Below, one piece after another: positions 27,661-36,624 of a DNA stretch of 64,000 nucleotides. This DNA comes from Patescibacteria group bacterium (GTDB lineage: Bacteria; Patescibacteriota; Patescibacteriia; JAXHNJ01): positions 258,579 through 322,578 of the forward strand of contig JAXHNJ010000001.1 in NCBI GenBank assembly GCA_034520665.1. The letters are read 5' to 3'. The translations under genes and the position numbers were made by a program. Under the pieces are notes generated by a model, which saw only the letters and a list, made by a program, of their open reading frames with translations, ran no database searches and had not been told where the DNA came from. Positions within the stretch are counted from its first letter, which is position 1. Each line of letters begins with the position of its first letter.

Positions 27661-28005
27661 ATGTATCTAATTTTAAGATTAATTATCAATGCTTTAATTA
27701 TTTTGGGTATTGCTTACTATTTCCCTGGAATTAGTGTTAGCGGTTTTTATTCAGCTTTAATTATTGCTTTAGTTTTGGGTCTAGTTAATGCTTTAATTCG
27801 TCCGATTATTTTAGTCTTAACCCTGCCGGTTAATGTTTTGACCTTGGGTCTTTTTACTTTAATTATTAACGCTTTGCTTTTCTGGTTTGTCTCGACTATT
27901 GTTAAAGGCTTTGAAGTTGACGGTTTTGGCCCGGCTTTTTGGGGAGCGCTGGTCTTGAGTCTTGTTTCCTGGCTGACCAGCAGTTTTATTAAATCAATCA
28001 AATAG
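27661..28005 (+). CDS. Phage_holin_4_2 (DUF360) family membrane protein
   Basis: 114 aa with 4 TM. LIINALIILGIAYYFPGISVSGFYSALIIALVLGLVNALIRPII matches the family consensus as remembered. Confidence 0.6.
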   Translation: MYLILRLIINALIILGIAYYFPGISVSGFYSALIIALVLGLVNALIRPIILVLTLPVNVLTLGLFTLIINALLFWFVSTIVKGFEVDGFGPAFWGALVLSLVSWLTSSFIKSIK

Positions 28006-28021
28006 TTAGATAGTTTAATAT

Positions 28022-29629
28022 ATGAGTATCACGAAAATTATTTTTGAGTTAGCTGGCGGGCTGGCTCTTTTTTTGTATGGCATATTTTTGCTGAGCGAGG
28101 GTTTTCAGAAAATTGCTGGTGACCGTTTACAGAAAATTCTGGAAAAATTTACCAATCGGCCGATTAAAGGCATTGCTTCCGGAGCGGCCGTGACCGCTAT
28201 TATTCAAAGCTCCAGTATTACTACGGTCATCTTGCTTGGCTTTATTAATGCCGGCTTAATAAATTTATCTTCAGCGGCCGGAGTGATTATGGGCGCTAAT
28301 ATTGGCACTACTATTACCGCTCAGATAATATCTTTTGATTTAGAGACCTTATCTCTACCCATTATTGCCATTGGTTTTTTATTTTGGTTTATTAGCCGTA
28401 ATTTGAAGCTTAAATTTTGGGGCCAGGTTTTGCTGGGTTTGGGGCTTTTATTTCTTGGTATGAGTTTAATGTCACACGGAGTCGGGCCCCTAAAAGAAAA
28501 CACGGCTATTTTTGAATGGTTTCTTAATTTAAGCCGTCAGCCAATTTTGTTAGTCTTGATTGGAGCCGCTTTTACCGGTCTAATTCAAAGTTCTAGCGCT
28601 ACTACCGGCTTGGTTATAGTTTTTGCTAAAGAGGGTTTGATTGGCTTGGAGGGCGCTATACCTTTAATTTTAGGGGCTAATATTGGCACTTGTATTACCG
28701 TACTTTTAGCTTCGATTGGTTCGACCAAGAACGCCAAGCGTATGGCCTTGGTTCATTTAGCTTTTAATGTCTCAGGGGCTTTAATTTTTTACCTGATTTT
28801 AAGCTGGTTTATACCGCTGGTGGAAATGACGGCTTCTACCTTAGCTCGTCAGGTAGCCAACGCCCATACTATTTTTAATATAGTTTCCACTTTAATATTA
28901 ATCCCCCTGATTCCCTTGTTAATTAAGTTAGTCAAAAAAGTTATTCCGGGCCAGGAAATAAAAATGGATCATCGGACTAAATTTATTAGTAAATATTTGC
29001 TGGATACACCAAGCATTGCTTTAGGCGAAGCTTTTAAAGAAACCATGCGCATGGCAGATATTTCTCAGGATATGATGGAAAATAGCTACCAGGCTTTTTT
29101 GGATAACCAGCCTAAAAAAGTGGAAATGATAAAAAAGCAAGAAGAAGCGATTGATCATTTTTATGACAAGATAAATAATTATTGCCGCCAGCTTTCGGAA
29201 AGAAATCTTTCCCATGAAGAAACTGAAAAGCTTTCCATGATTGTCCATAATCTTACTGATATTGAGCGGGTGGCTGACCATGTTAATAACATTATCCATA
29301 TTACCAAACACAAATACAAAGGCGAAGTTAATTTTACCGCCACTTCAGTTAAAGAATTAAACGAAATGTTTGAAAAAGCCATTGAGATTTATCAAGACGC
29401 TATTTGTTCCTGGAAAAATAGTGATCAGGAACTGGCCAAAAAAGTTTTGCATGAAGAAGGGGAAATTGACGCTATGGAAAAAAGATTTCGTTTGGCTCAT
29501 ATTGCCCGACTGGAAAAAGGCGAGGCTGATCCGGCTTCGGGGGTTTCCTTTGAAAGTTTATTGGAAAATTTGGAAAGAATTGGCGATCATTCGGACAATA
29601 TTGCTTATTCAGTTATTCACGGCTTTTAA
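28022..29629 (+). CDS. Na/Pi cotransporter family protein with C-terminal PhoU-like domain
   Basis: Duplicated GANIGT(T/C)ITA/V motifs in the membrane part. Helical PhoU-like C-terminus. Confidence 0.7.
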   Translation: MSITKIIFELAGGLALFLYGIFLLSEGFQKIAGDRLQKILEKFTNRPIKGIASGAAVTAIIQSSSITTVILLGFINAGLINLSSAAGVIMGANIGTTITAQIISFDLETLSLPIIAIGFLFWFISRNLKLKFWGQVLLGLGLLFLGMSLMSHGVGPLKENTAIFEWFLNLSRQPILLVLIGAAFTGLIQSSSATTGLVIVFAKEGLIGLEGAIPLILGANIGTCITVLLASIGSTKNAKRMALVHLAFNVSGALIFYLILSWFIPLVEMTASTLARQVANAHTIFNIVSTLILIPLIPLLIKLVKKVIPGQEIKMDHRTKFISKYLLDTPSIALGEAFKETMRMADISQDMMENSYQAFLDNQPKKVEMIKKQEEAIDHFYDKINNYCRQLSERNLSHEETEKLSMIVHNLTDIERVADHVNNIIHITKHKYKGEVNFTATSVKELNEMFEKAIEIYQDAICSWKNSDQELAKKVLHEEGEIDAMEKRFRLAHIARLEKGEADPASGVSFESLLENLERIGDHSDNIAYSVIHGF

Positions 29630-29681
29630 ATTTTATTTAATAAGTGTTATTATAAATTAGTAATCATTAAATAATAATTTT

Positions 29682-29906
29682 ATGACTATTGATTTTAACG
29701 ACGATATTGTCGATCAAGACGGTTACATGAAACATTTTAGCTATAGTGAGCGTATGAAAAAACTTTATCCGATTATGAAAGAGGCTAAGCAAAAACACAA
29801 AAAAATGAAGGAAACTTTTAAGATTAACGGACGAACTATTCAGTTTATTGTGGATAAGGATGGCACTGGTGTGCTGCGCAAAAAACCAATGACGGGCTGG
29901 TTTTAG
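29682..29906 (+). CDS. hypothetical small protein
   Basis: ORF only. Confidence 0.25.
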   Translation: MTIDFNDDIVDQDGYMKHFSYSERMKKLYPIMKEAKQKHKKMKETFKINGRTIQFIVDKDGTGVLRKKPMTGWF

Positions 29907-30184
29907 GAGAATCTTAAAAGCCGTAATAGCCGTAGAGCCATAAAAGCCTTAAAACCTTATTGAATAGGGGATAGCCTCTTATTTTTAGGCTGTTTTTATT
30001 ATTTTTTTTGCCACTTGTTTAACTTTATTCATAATAAACTTATTTACAAGCCGAAGCTCCGAGCAAAGTGAGGAGCGAAGACTTGACGTTCGCCCGTTCG
30101 ACCAGGCTCAGGACGATTTAAATATTAGACATTTGTATTTATTTAATTAATTTGGCTGTAAAATAGGTATTTTTTTAATATCTA

Positions 30185-30213
30185 TTGACGTTCGCTTTTT
30201 GTTCGTGTATAAT
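30185..30213 (+). promoter_or_regulatory. lexA promoter (TTGACG, 17 nt, TATAAT) with an overlapping GTTC-N7-GTTC direct repeat, a candidate LexA operator
   Basis: ttGACGTTCgctttttGTTCgtgTATAAT lies 37 bp upstream of the lexA ATG. The direct-repeat box type is established for alphaproteobacterial LexA, so applying it here is inference. Confidence 0.35.
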
Positions 30214-30249
30214 GAATATGGTTGTGGATAATTATTAATTTTTAAATCT

Positions 30250-30861
30250 ATGGCGGAATTAACCAAAAAACAGCAAGATATACTAAATTACGTAGTCAAT
30301 TATATTCAAGACCATGAATACAGTCCTTCTTTTCAGGAAATTGGCCAGAATTTTGGCCTGTCTTCCAAAGCCACGGTTTCAGCCCATGTTCACGCCTTGA
30401 TAAAAAAAGGTTATTTAAGAAAGGTCAAGGGCTTAGCTCGGTCTTTAAACCTGACTAAAAAAGTTTATCAGCAGGGCCAGGCCGTGCAGCTGCCGCTTTT
30501 GGGCTTGATCGCCGCGGGTGAGCCAATTGAAGCTATTGAAGATAATGAAATGGTTTCTGTACCGGCCGGGGTGGTGCAGGACGCCAACTCTTATGTTTTA
30601 AAAGTAAAAGGGCAGTCCATGATTGAAGAAGGTATACTGGATGGTGATTATGTGGTAGTGGAAAGGAATTTTTATCCGCAAAACGGAGACGTGGTAGTGG
30701 CTTTGCTGGATAATGAATATGCCACCTTGAAAAAATATTTTCGTGAGAAAAACCGCATTCGCCTGCAGCCGGCTAATAAAACCATGAAACCAATTTTTGC
30801 CAAGAATCCGGCTATCCAGGGCATTGTCCGGGGCATTTACCGGGTCTTTTCTCATGCGTAA
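30250..30861 (+). CDS. lexA: LexA repressor (S24 peptidase)
   Basis: N-terminal winged helix-turn-helix. Cleavage-site region AAGEPIEA. Catalytic Ser within GQSM, and Lys further downstream. Confidence 0.85.
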   Translation: MAELTKKQQDILNYVVNYIQDHEYSPSFQEIGQNFGLSSKATVSAHVHALIKKGYLRKVKGLARSLNLTKKVYQQGQAVQLPLLGLIAAGEPIEAIEDNEMVSVPAGVVQDANSYVLKVKGQSMIEEGILDGDYVVVERNFYPQNGDVVVALLDNEYATLKKYFREKNRIRLQPANKTMKPIFAKNPAIQGIVRGIYRVFSHA

Positions 30862-30919
30862 AGGAAATATAAAGGAAACAGGAAGTGGCAAGACTGAAAA
30901 GTATTATTAATAATCTTTC

Positions 30920-31851
30920 ATGAAAAAATATAATCTTAAGAACCAAGTTCATTTCATCACTATTAATACATATAAAAAATACTGGCTTTTTAAGAAAGAA
31001 AATCTTTGCCAAATAGTAATTGATAATCTAAATTTTTACCGCCGTAAATTTAGTTTTAAATTATTGGGTTACGTAATTATGCCTAATCATCTACATTTAT
31101 TAATCCAATTAAATAAAAAATATAATGATATTTCAAAGGTAATGAGGGATTTTAAGAAATTTACAAGTGTTCAAATTATAAAGCAGTTAATAAAAGAAAA
31201 TGAAAAAGATTTACTTAAGAAATTTTCTATGACTGGAAAAATTTTTAATTATCCCTCTACTCTGGGTACTGCCCGATCCTCAGATCGGGCCGGCTTTCCA
31301 GCTGAAGGCCGAATCTGAGGATTCGGCCTACCCGACTAGTTTTAGAAAGAAGAGAAAATATTCAGTCTGGATGAATGATTTTTACGACTTTAACATCTAT
31401 TCCGAGAATCTTCTACTCTGGGTACTGCCCGATCCTCAGATCGGGCCGGCTTTCCAGCCGAATCTGAGGATTCGGCTTACCCGACTAGTTTTAGAAGGAA
31501 GAGAAAATATTCAGTCTGGATGAATGATTTTTACGATTTTAATATCTATTCCGAGAATTTTCTACTCTGGGTACTGCCCGATCCTCAGATCGGGCTAGTC
31601 TCTCGGCCGAATCTGAGGATTCGGACTACCCGACTAGTTTTAGAAAGAAAAGAAAATATTCAGTCTGGATGAATAATTTTTACGACTTTAATATCTATTC
31701 CGAGAATAAACTAGAGCAAAAACTTAATTATATTCATAATAATCCAGTCAAAGCCAAGATAGTTAAAAAACCTGAGGATTATAAATGGTCTTCTTACAGA
31801 AATTATTATTTGGATGATGATTCAATAATAGAAATTAATCAGTTATTTTAA
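30920..31851 (+). pseudogene. Disrupted IS200/IS605-type (REP-associated) tyrosine transposase gene, interrupted by three tandem 149-156-bp repeats that each carry a GC-rich double hairpin
   Basis: N-terminal part 30920..31318 has the HuH motif (MPNHLHLLIQ). C-terminal part 31669..31851 has the catalytic Tyr region (VWMNDFYDFNIY...YIHNNPVKAKIV...DYKWSSY). The 149-bp repeat is not a multiple of 3, so the frame is broken. Confidence 0.6.
31254..31707 (+). repeat. Three tandem copies (156, 149, 149 bp) of a unit made of a GC-rich palindromic element plus about 75 bp of transposase coding sequence
   Basis: Each unit has the hairpins GCCCGATCCTCAGATCGGGC and CCGAATCTGAGGATTCGG. A fourth partial copy sits at 31928-32143. 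Confidence 0.8.
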
Positions 31852-32160
31852 ATAATTTAAATTCTTAAAATATGGTATTACTAAATATTATTTCTGGGTA
31901 GGCGAAAGCCCTCGCTTTTGCCATACTTTGATGCTTAAAACATTTTCTATGACTGGCAAAATTTTTAATTATCTCTCTACTCTGGGTACTGCCCGATCCT
32001 CAGATTGGGCCGGCTTTCCAGCCGAATCTGAGGATTCGGCCTACCCGACTAGTTTTAGAAAGAAAAGAAAATATTCAGTCTGGATGAATGATTTTTACGA
32101 TTTTAATATCTATTCCGAGCATAAATTTAATAATAGAAATTAATAGACTATAAAAAAAAC

Positions 32161-32409
32161 ATGCACGAAAAAATTAACGAGCCAATAAAAGTTCTAGCTT
32201 CTTTTTTAAAAGGGCAGGTTAGTCCGCTTTCTTTTGTTTGGCAGGGCCGGCGCTATAATCCGACTAAAATTAATTTGGTTCATTCAGAGAGAAAAGGTAA
32301 AGGAAAAATTTATTATTTTTCGGTTTCCGATAATTCTAATTTTTACCGGCTGGCTTTTAATAATGAAAATCTTAACTGGCGCTTGATGGAAATATATTCG
32401 CAAAATTAA
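32161..32409 (+). CDS. hypothetical protein (82 aa)
   Basis: ORF only. Confidence 0.3.
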   Translation: MHEKINEPIKVLASFLKGQVSPLSFVWQGRRYNPTKINLVHSERKGKGKIYYFSVSDNSNFYRLAFNNENLNWRLMEIYSQN

Positions 32410-32420
32410 ATTTTTTAGAT

Positions 32421-32610
32421 AAAAAAAGACCCGGACAACAAACAGGTCTCATAATAATGAAAAGATTTGTCGTCCGGGTTCCCCACATCAAGAAAGAGAA
32501 AATATGAGGGGCAAATTTCCCGTGCCCAGCAGTTTATAGCTCGGCGAACGCCGGCTAAACACGGACGAAAATTCGCCCCCTAGCTCTCTTTCAATAAAAA
32601 TTATTTTAAA
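32421..32610 (-). ncRNA. candidate structured small RNA (about 180 nt) on the minus strand, with its own terminator
   Basis: Minus-strand Rho-independent terminator: 13-bp stem CCCGGACGACAAA/TTTGTTGTCCGGG followed by TCTTTTTTT. Upstream segment has nested long-range pairing (GAGGGGCAAATTTCC with GAAAATTCGCCCCC, and CCGTG with CACGG). A rc-TTGACA sits at about 32645. No ORF. Confidence 0.3.
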
Positions 32611-32880
32611 AAGGGCAAAGTAATTTTATACAAAATAATAATTTTGTCAAGTATTTTTTGGCTACCAAGCTTATTTTTGGCTAATATTAGTTTATTAATA
32701 TCTAAATTCTAAACAAATTTTAAATTACAATATTTTAAACTATAAATTATTTTGATTTTTCGAGAATAGAACCAAATACTTTCATAAGTTTTGTAGATTC
32801 GTTGATTAGTATATTTTTTTTCTCCCACTTGTTGATTTATAGGATTAGTTAACCTTTTTATTATCAACAAAAAGATATCT

Positions 32881-33183
32881 CAAAAATTATCTTACACATT
32901 GATATGAATAGCTATTTTGCTTCTTGTGAACAGCCCCGCACCACTTCTCTTCGGCGCTCAGAGTTGGATGCGGGACGAAGTTTAATTAATTTTATATTTT
33001 TATGACTTCGATTATCTTACATATTGACATGAACAGCTATTTTGCTTCCTGTGAGCAGCCCCGCACCAATTCCTCGTTTTACTCGGAACGATGCGGGACG
33101 AAGTTTAATTAATTTTATATTTTCATGACTTCGATTATCTTACACATTGATATGAACAGCTATTTTGCTTCTTGTGAACAGCA
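32881..33183 (+). repeat. Three tandem 122-bp repeats. Each holds the first ~55 nt of the dinB coding sequence plus an upstream GC-rich hairpin; the third copy is the functional gene start
   Basis: ATGACTTCGATTATCTTACA(C/T)ATTGA(T/C)ATGAACAGCTATTTTGCTTC recurs at 32886, 33003 and 33125. Hairpins CCCGCACC...GATGCGGG lie between copies. 122 is not a multiple of 3; the decoy ATG at 33003 opens a 38-codon frame. Confidence 0.8.
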
Positions 33184-34330
33184 AGCTAATCCTTTTTTAC
33201 GGGGTAGACCGGTCGGAGTTTGCGCTTATTTGTCAGAGCAGGGTTGTATTATTGCTTCGTCCATTGAAGCTAAAAAAAAAGGAGTGAAAACTGGCTGTCG
33301 CGTCAAGGAAGCCAAGCAGCTTTGTCCAGATATTTTTTTAATGGAAAACGAGCCGGCTAAATACCGCAGTATTACTAAAAAAATTTTCTCTATTCTAGCC
33401 GAATATACCGATAAACTAGAGCCTTACAGTATTGACGAGGCTTTTTTAGATCTCACTGGTTGGTCTAAAAACTTTAAACAAGCTAAAGAAAAAGCTAAAG
33501 AAATTAAAGATCGAATAAAGAACGAAGTCGGGGACTGGCTCAAAGCCTCGGTCGGTCTTTCTTACACCCGCTGGCTGGCCAAATTTGCTTCAGACCAGGC
33601 CGATAAAGATAGTATTTTAATAATAAAGAAAGATAATTTAGATAAATTTTTAAAAAGACCCTTAACCAGTGCTTGGGGTATTAATTACCGACTGGAGAGT
33701 AGACTAAAATCTTTGGGTATTTTTAATTTGCTCGATTTAAAAAAATATCCAGTAGCTAATCTAATGCAAGTTCTGGGTCGGCCTGGCTATTATCTCTGGG
33801 CTAATGTTAACGGTCTACCGACAGAAAAAGTAAAAAAACAAAAAGAGCCTAAATCAGTCGGTCATAGCTATTGTTTATACCAAAAATCAAAGGATATCGA
33901 TTATTTATCTTCAGTTTTGCTCAAGCTTTGCGAAAAAACCGGCCGCCGCCTGCGGCTTTTGGAAAAAGAGGCTCACTCAATCAGCTTTGGCTTAAGATTT
34001 AAAAACGGCGGCGGCCTTCATCAGGTAAAGAGAATTAAAAATGGTCTTTTTACCACCAAAAGTATTTTTCGAACTGCTTTAAAGATTATGTCAAAAATTC
34101 ATCTTTATGAAGAAGTTTCTTTTCTAGCCATATCAGTTTCGCACCTGTGGTCAATCAGCCGGCAAATGTCTCTTTTTAAAGATAATCTTAAAGAAAAAGA
34201 GATAAGCTTGGCTATGGACAAAATTAATGATCAATACGGCCAGTACTTGGTTTACTGGGGGAGTATGCACGGCACTGATAAAGTGGCCCGCGACCGCATT
34301 GGCTTTCGTAAAACTGTTAATACAAATTAA
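33125..34330 (+). CDS. dinB: DNA polymerase IV (Y-family, translesion synthesis)
   Basis: N-terminal ILHIDMNSYFASCEQ. Catalytic DE (SIDEAFLDLT). Length and organisation match DinB. Confidence 0.9.
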   Translation: MTSIILHIDMNSYFASCEQQANPFLRGRPVGVCAYLSEQGCIIASSIEAKKKGVKTGCRVKEAKQLCPDIFLMENEPAKYRSITKKIFSILAEYTDKLEPYSIDEAFLDLTGWSKNFKQAKEKAKEIKDRIKNEVGDWLKASVGLSYTRWLAKFASDQADKDSILIIKKDNLDKFLKRPLTSAWGINYRLESRLKSLGIFNLLDLKKYPVANLMQVLGRPGYYLWANVNGLPTEKVKKQKEPKSVGHSYCLYQKSKDIDYLSSVLLKLCEKTGRRLRLLEKEAHSISFGLRFKNGGGLHQVKRIKNGLFTTKSIFRTALKIMSKIHLYEEVSFLAISVSHLWSISRQMSLFKDNLKEKEISLAMDKINDQYGQYLVYWGSMHGTDKVARDRIGFRKTVNTN

Positions 34331-34432
34331 GAAGCGGGTAAACTTTAAATTAAAAAACTATCAAATAGGACATTTCTAAATAATTCAAAGTAGGACATTT
34401 CTAGCTCACCTTTACATGAGTATTATTTTTTC

Positions 34433-34460
34433 TTGACAAAAAACAAGGGAGTGATATAAT
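34433..34460 (+). promoter_or_regulatory. near-consensus sigma70-type promoter (TTGACA, 16 nt, TATAAT)
   Basis: cTTGACAaaaaacaagggagtgaTATAATtaag. The transcript would cover four GCCGTCGG-type repeats (34476, 34492, 34572, 34590), a 29-codon ORF and a terminator before ssb. Confidence 0.5.
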
Positions 34461-34637
34461 TAAGTGGTAATCAAGCCGTCGGTAACACAATAGCCGTCGG
34501 ATAAAAATAAAAAGAAAAATCAAAACATAAAAATTTGTCCATTAAAATCGGAGGAAAGAGAAAATTAGCTTAGCGCCGTCGGAATTAAGCGCCGTCGTGA
34601 TAAAGTGTGGATAAATTTACTTATTATTAAAAATATT

Positions 34638-34727
34638 ATGAATAACTTAAAAAAATTTATTATTTATATAATCACTGGTCTTATTAAAGACATTATATTT
34701 ATTAACCAAACACCTCTTAATTTATAA
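34638..34727 (+). CDS. possible 29-aa hydrophobic leader/small peptide (MNNLKKFIIYIITGLIKDIIFINQTPLNL)
   Basis: ATG ORF whose 3' end overlaps the left arm of a terminator hairpin, just upstream of ssb. Confidence 0.2.
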   Translation: MNNLKKFIIYIITGLIKDIIFINQTPLNL

Positions 34728-34747
34728 AAGAGGTGTTTTTGTTTTTT
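34709..34747 (+). terminator. Rho-independent terminator / attenuator hairpin upstream of ssb
   Basis: ACACCTCTT-aatttataa-AAGAGGTGT followed by TTTTGTTTTTT. Confidence 0.5.
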
Positions 34748-34784
34748 AAAACAAAGTTGGTGGCTTAGCAAAAAGGAAAAAAAT

Positions 34785-35183
34785 ATGGATGTAAACAAAG
34801 TAACCTTGCTGGGTAATCTAACCAAAGATCCCGGCGCCAAGAAACTTTCATCTGGTCAAACAATTTCATTTTTTGACCTGGCCACTAACTATTCCTGGAA
34901 AGACGTTAAAACTAAGCAGAAAAAGGATTCTGTGGAGTATCATCATGTCTTAGCCTGGGGTAAACTAGCTGAAATTATTAAAAAGTATCTGAAAAAAGGC
35001 TCTCGAGTCTATTTAGAAGGCCGTTTGCAGCATAAGTCCTGGAAAGACAAAAAAGGTAATTTTCAAAACAAGACTAATGTGGTGACTGATAACCTGATTA
35101 TGCTCGGTCATAACGGCAAGAAAGGAGCTGAAATGACTAAAGAAGACATTGATGTTGATGAAATAAAAGTGGATGAAGATTAA
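34785..35183 (+). CDS. ssb: single-stranded DNA-binding protein
   Basis: OB-fold pattern VNKVTLLGNLTKDP ... HHVLAWGKLAE ... GSRVYLEGRLQHKSW, and an acidic C-terminal tail DIDVDEIKVDED. Confidence 0.8.
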   Translation: MDVNKVTLLGNLTKDPGAKKLSSGQTISFFDLATNYSWKDVKTKQKKDSVEYHHVLAWGKLAEIIKKYLKKGSRVYLEGRLQHKSWKDKKGNFQNKTNVVTDNLIMLGHNGKKGAEMTKEDIDVDEIKVDED

Positions 35184-35433
35184 ATTTATACGGGTCTGAT
35201 GATTTATCATCGGACCTCCACTTCTGCACACATTGGGGCGATAAGCATTTTGCTCTTAAAAAATTAACAAATTAAGTTTAAGCCACCAAAATTTGTCTAT
35301 AAAAATGTTTATTTGATTTTCCGTGTGTGCGGAGGTGGGGGGACGTTAGAGACATTATACATAATCTAAAAAATAATTAGCCGGCCTATGTTTGGCCACA
35401 AATCGCTCTTTAAACCTTATAAGGAGGTGTAAA

Positions 35434-35604
35434 ATGGGAAAGAAGATAAAGCATGTTCCTGAAAATCTACTCGAGCAGGCAACTAATGATACCATGGGTG
35501 TTTCCAAAGATAACCGCGGTTATTGGAAGGGAACAAACACTGATACTGGTAAGACTGCCACTGGTAAATCAGCTGAAGAGATTAGCGATAAACTCGATGA
35601 TTAA
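35434..35604 (+). CDS. hypothetical small hydrophilic protein (56 aa)
   Basis: Strong SD AAGGAGGTG, 5 nt before the ATG at 35434. The ORF-track start at 35392 is probably too far upstream. Confidence 0.35.
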   Translation: MGKKIKHVPENLLEQATNDTMGVSKDNRGYWKGTNTDTGKTATGKSAEEISDKLDD

Positions 35605-35729
35605 TTCATTTCCTAGTTCCGGGCAGTTATTATTTTTTTAATTGCTGCTCGGACATTTTTTTAAAATAGTAATTTTAGTATTTTGTAGATTAACGTTTTT
35701 TATGCGTAATCTCTATCTTTTTTAAAAAT

Positions 35730-36239
35730 ATGACTAAAATACTATACGAACCCAAAAAAGACTTAAAAAATTGGCTAAGAATAAAAGATAAATATCCAGA
35801 AAGTTTTACAATTACAAAGCATTATCCTTTTGATAAAGATATTATTTTAAAAAAAGAAAATTTTAGGAAAATTTTATCTTCCATTAGCAAAACTAAAACA
35901 AAGTACTTTAATATTCAGGCAAAAATAATAAAAAAAACTTGGCAGACTAGAGAAGATAAAATTATTAATAAAATTACTGATTATTTAAGTTTTCCTTTTA
36001 GTAAAATTGATTTTAAAGCTAATTTAACCACAGCTTATTTAATGCCTTATGATTATAAAGATAAATGGTTTATGATTCCCACTCACAAAGGCATTGAAGA
36101 TCAGATTCTATGTTTAATTCACGAACTTTTTCATTTATATCAGGTTAAAAAAAATCCAAATATGAACGAGGTAAAAAAAGAAAAAGAAGTAAAAGATTTT
36201 TTAAAAAATATTAGAAAAAGTGATCATTTCAAAAAATAA
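35730..36239 (+). CDS. hypothetical protein (169 aa)
   Basis: ORF; contains HELFH. Confidence 0.3.
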   Translation: MTKILYEPKKDLKNWLRIKDKYPESFTITKHYPFDKDIILKKENFRKILSSISKTKTKYFNIQAKIIKKTWQTREDKIINKITDYLSFPFSKIDFKANLTTAYLMPYDYKDKWFMIPTHKGIEDQILCLIHELFHLYQVKKNPNMNEVKKEKEVKDFLKNIRKSDHFKK

Positions 36240-36624
36240 AAAAGAGGAAAGTGGCTATACAATCCTCAGCCTTTACGGCTCCACAATTCCTCAGGGGTTA
36301 TGAGCCCCTACTATTCGAGTTTTTCTCCTTATAGGAATTGTTTTAGGTGGTTAAAAATACCTATTGGGTGAGTTAGAAAGCTGTCTGCACCTTTCTAATC
36401 TAACAAAGATTTATAAGCCACTTTCCATCTGGTTGTTCAAAGTGCCATTATTAATTTATATTTTTTGACTTATGTTGTCAAGTATAATTGAGGAGGTGAT
36501 ATCTTTGAACAAAAAAGACTATCTTATATTGATAGTCAATAAATTTCCTAGCTTGGGTAAGTATCTGTCTATTTACCCAAGCCAAATCATGAACCTTAGC
36601 TCTTTGAAAAGGAGGTGAAAAAAG

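Noticed and set aside
31254-31707. Possible CRISPR array, given regularly spaced GC-rich palindromic repeats
   Set aside because: The unit is about 150 bp with no unique spacers; the whole unit repeats, including coding sequence. No cas genes are nearby. It is a tandem duplication of a hairpin plus gene segment, not a CRISPR.
36250-36440. Possible tRNA or structured RNA (GGGG-TTATGAG-CCCC T-arm-like hairpin, flanking AAGTGGCTATA/TATAAGCCACTT inverted repeat)
   Set aside because: I could not fold it into a cloverleaf. The hairpin loop does not match T-psi-C consensus. It is kept only as a weak ncRNA possibility, not reported as a feature.
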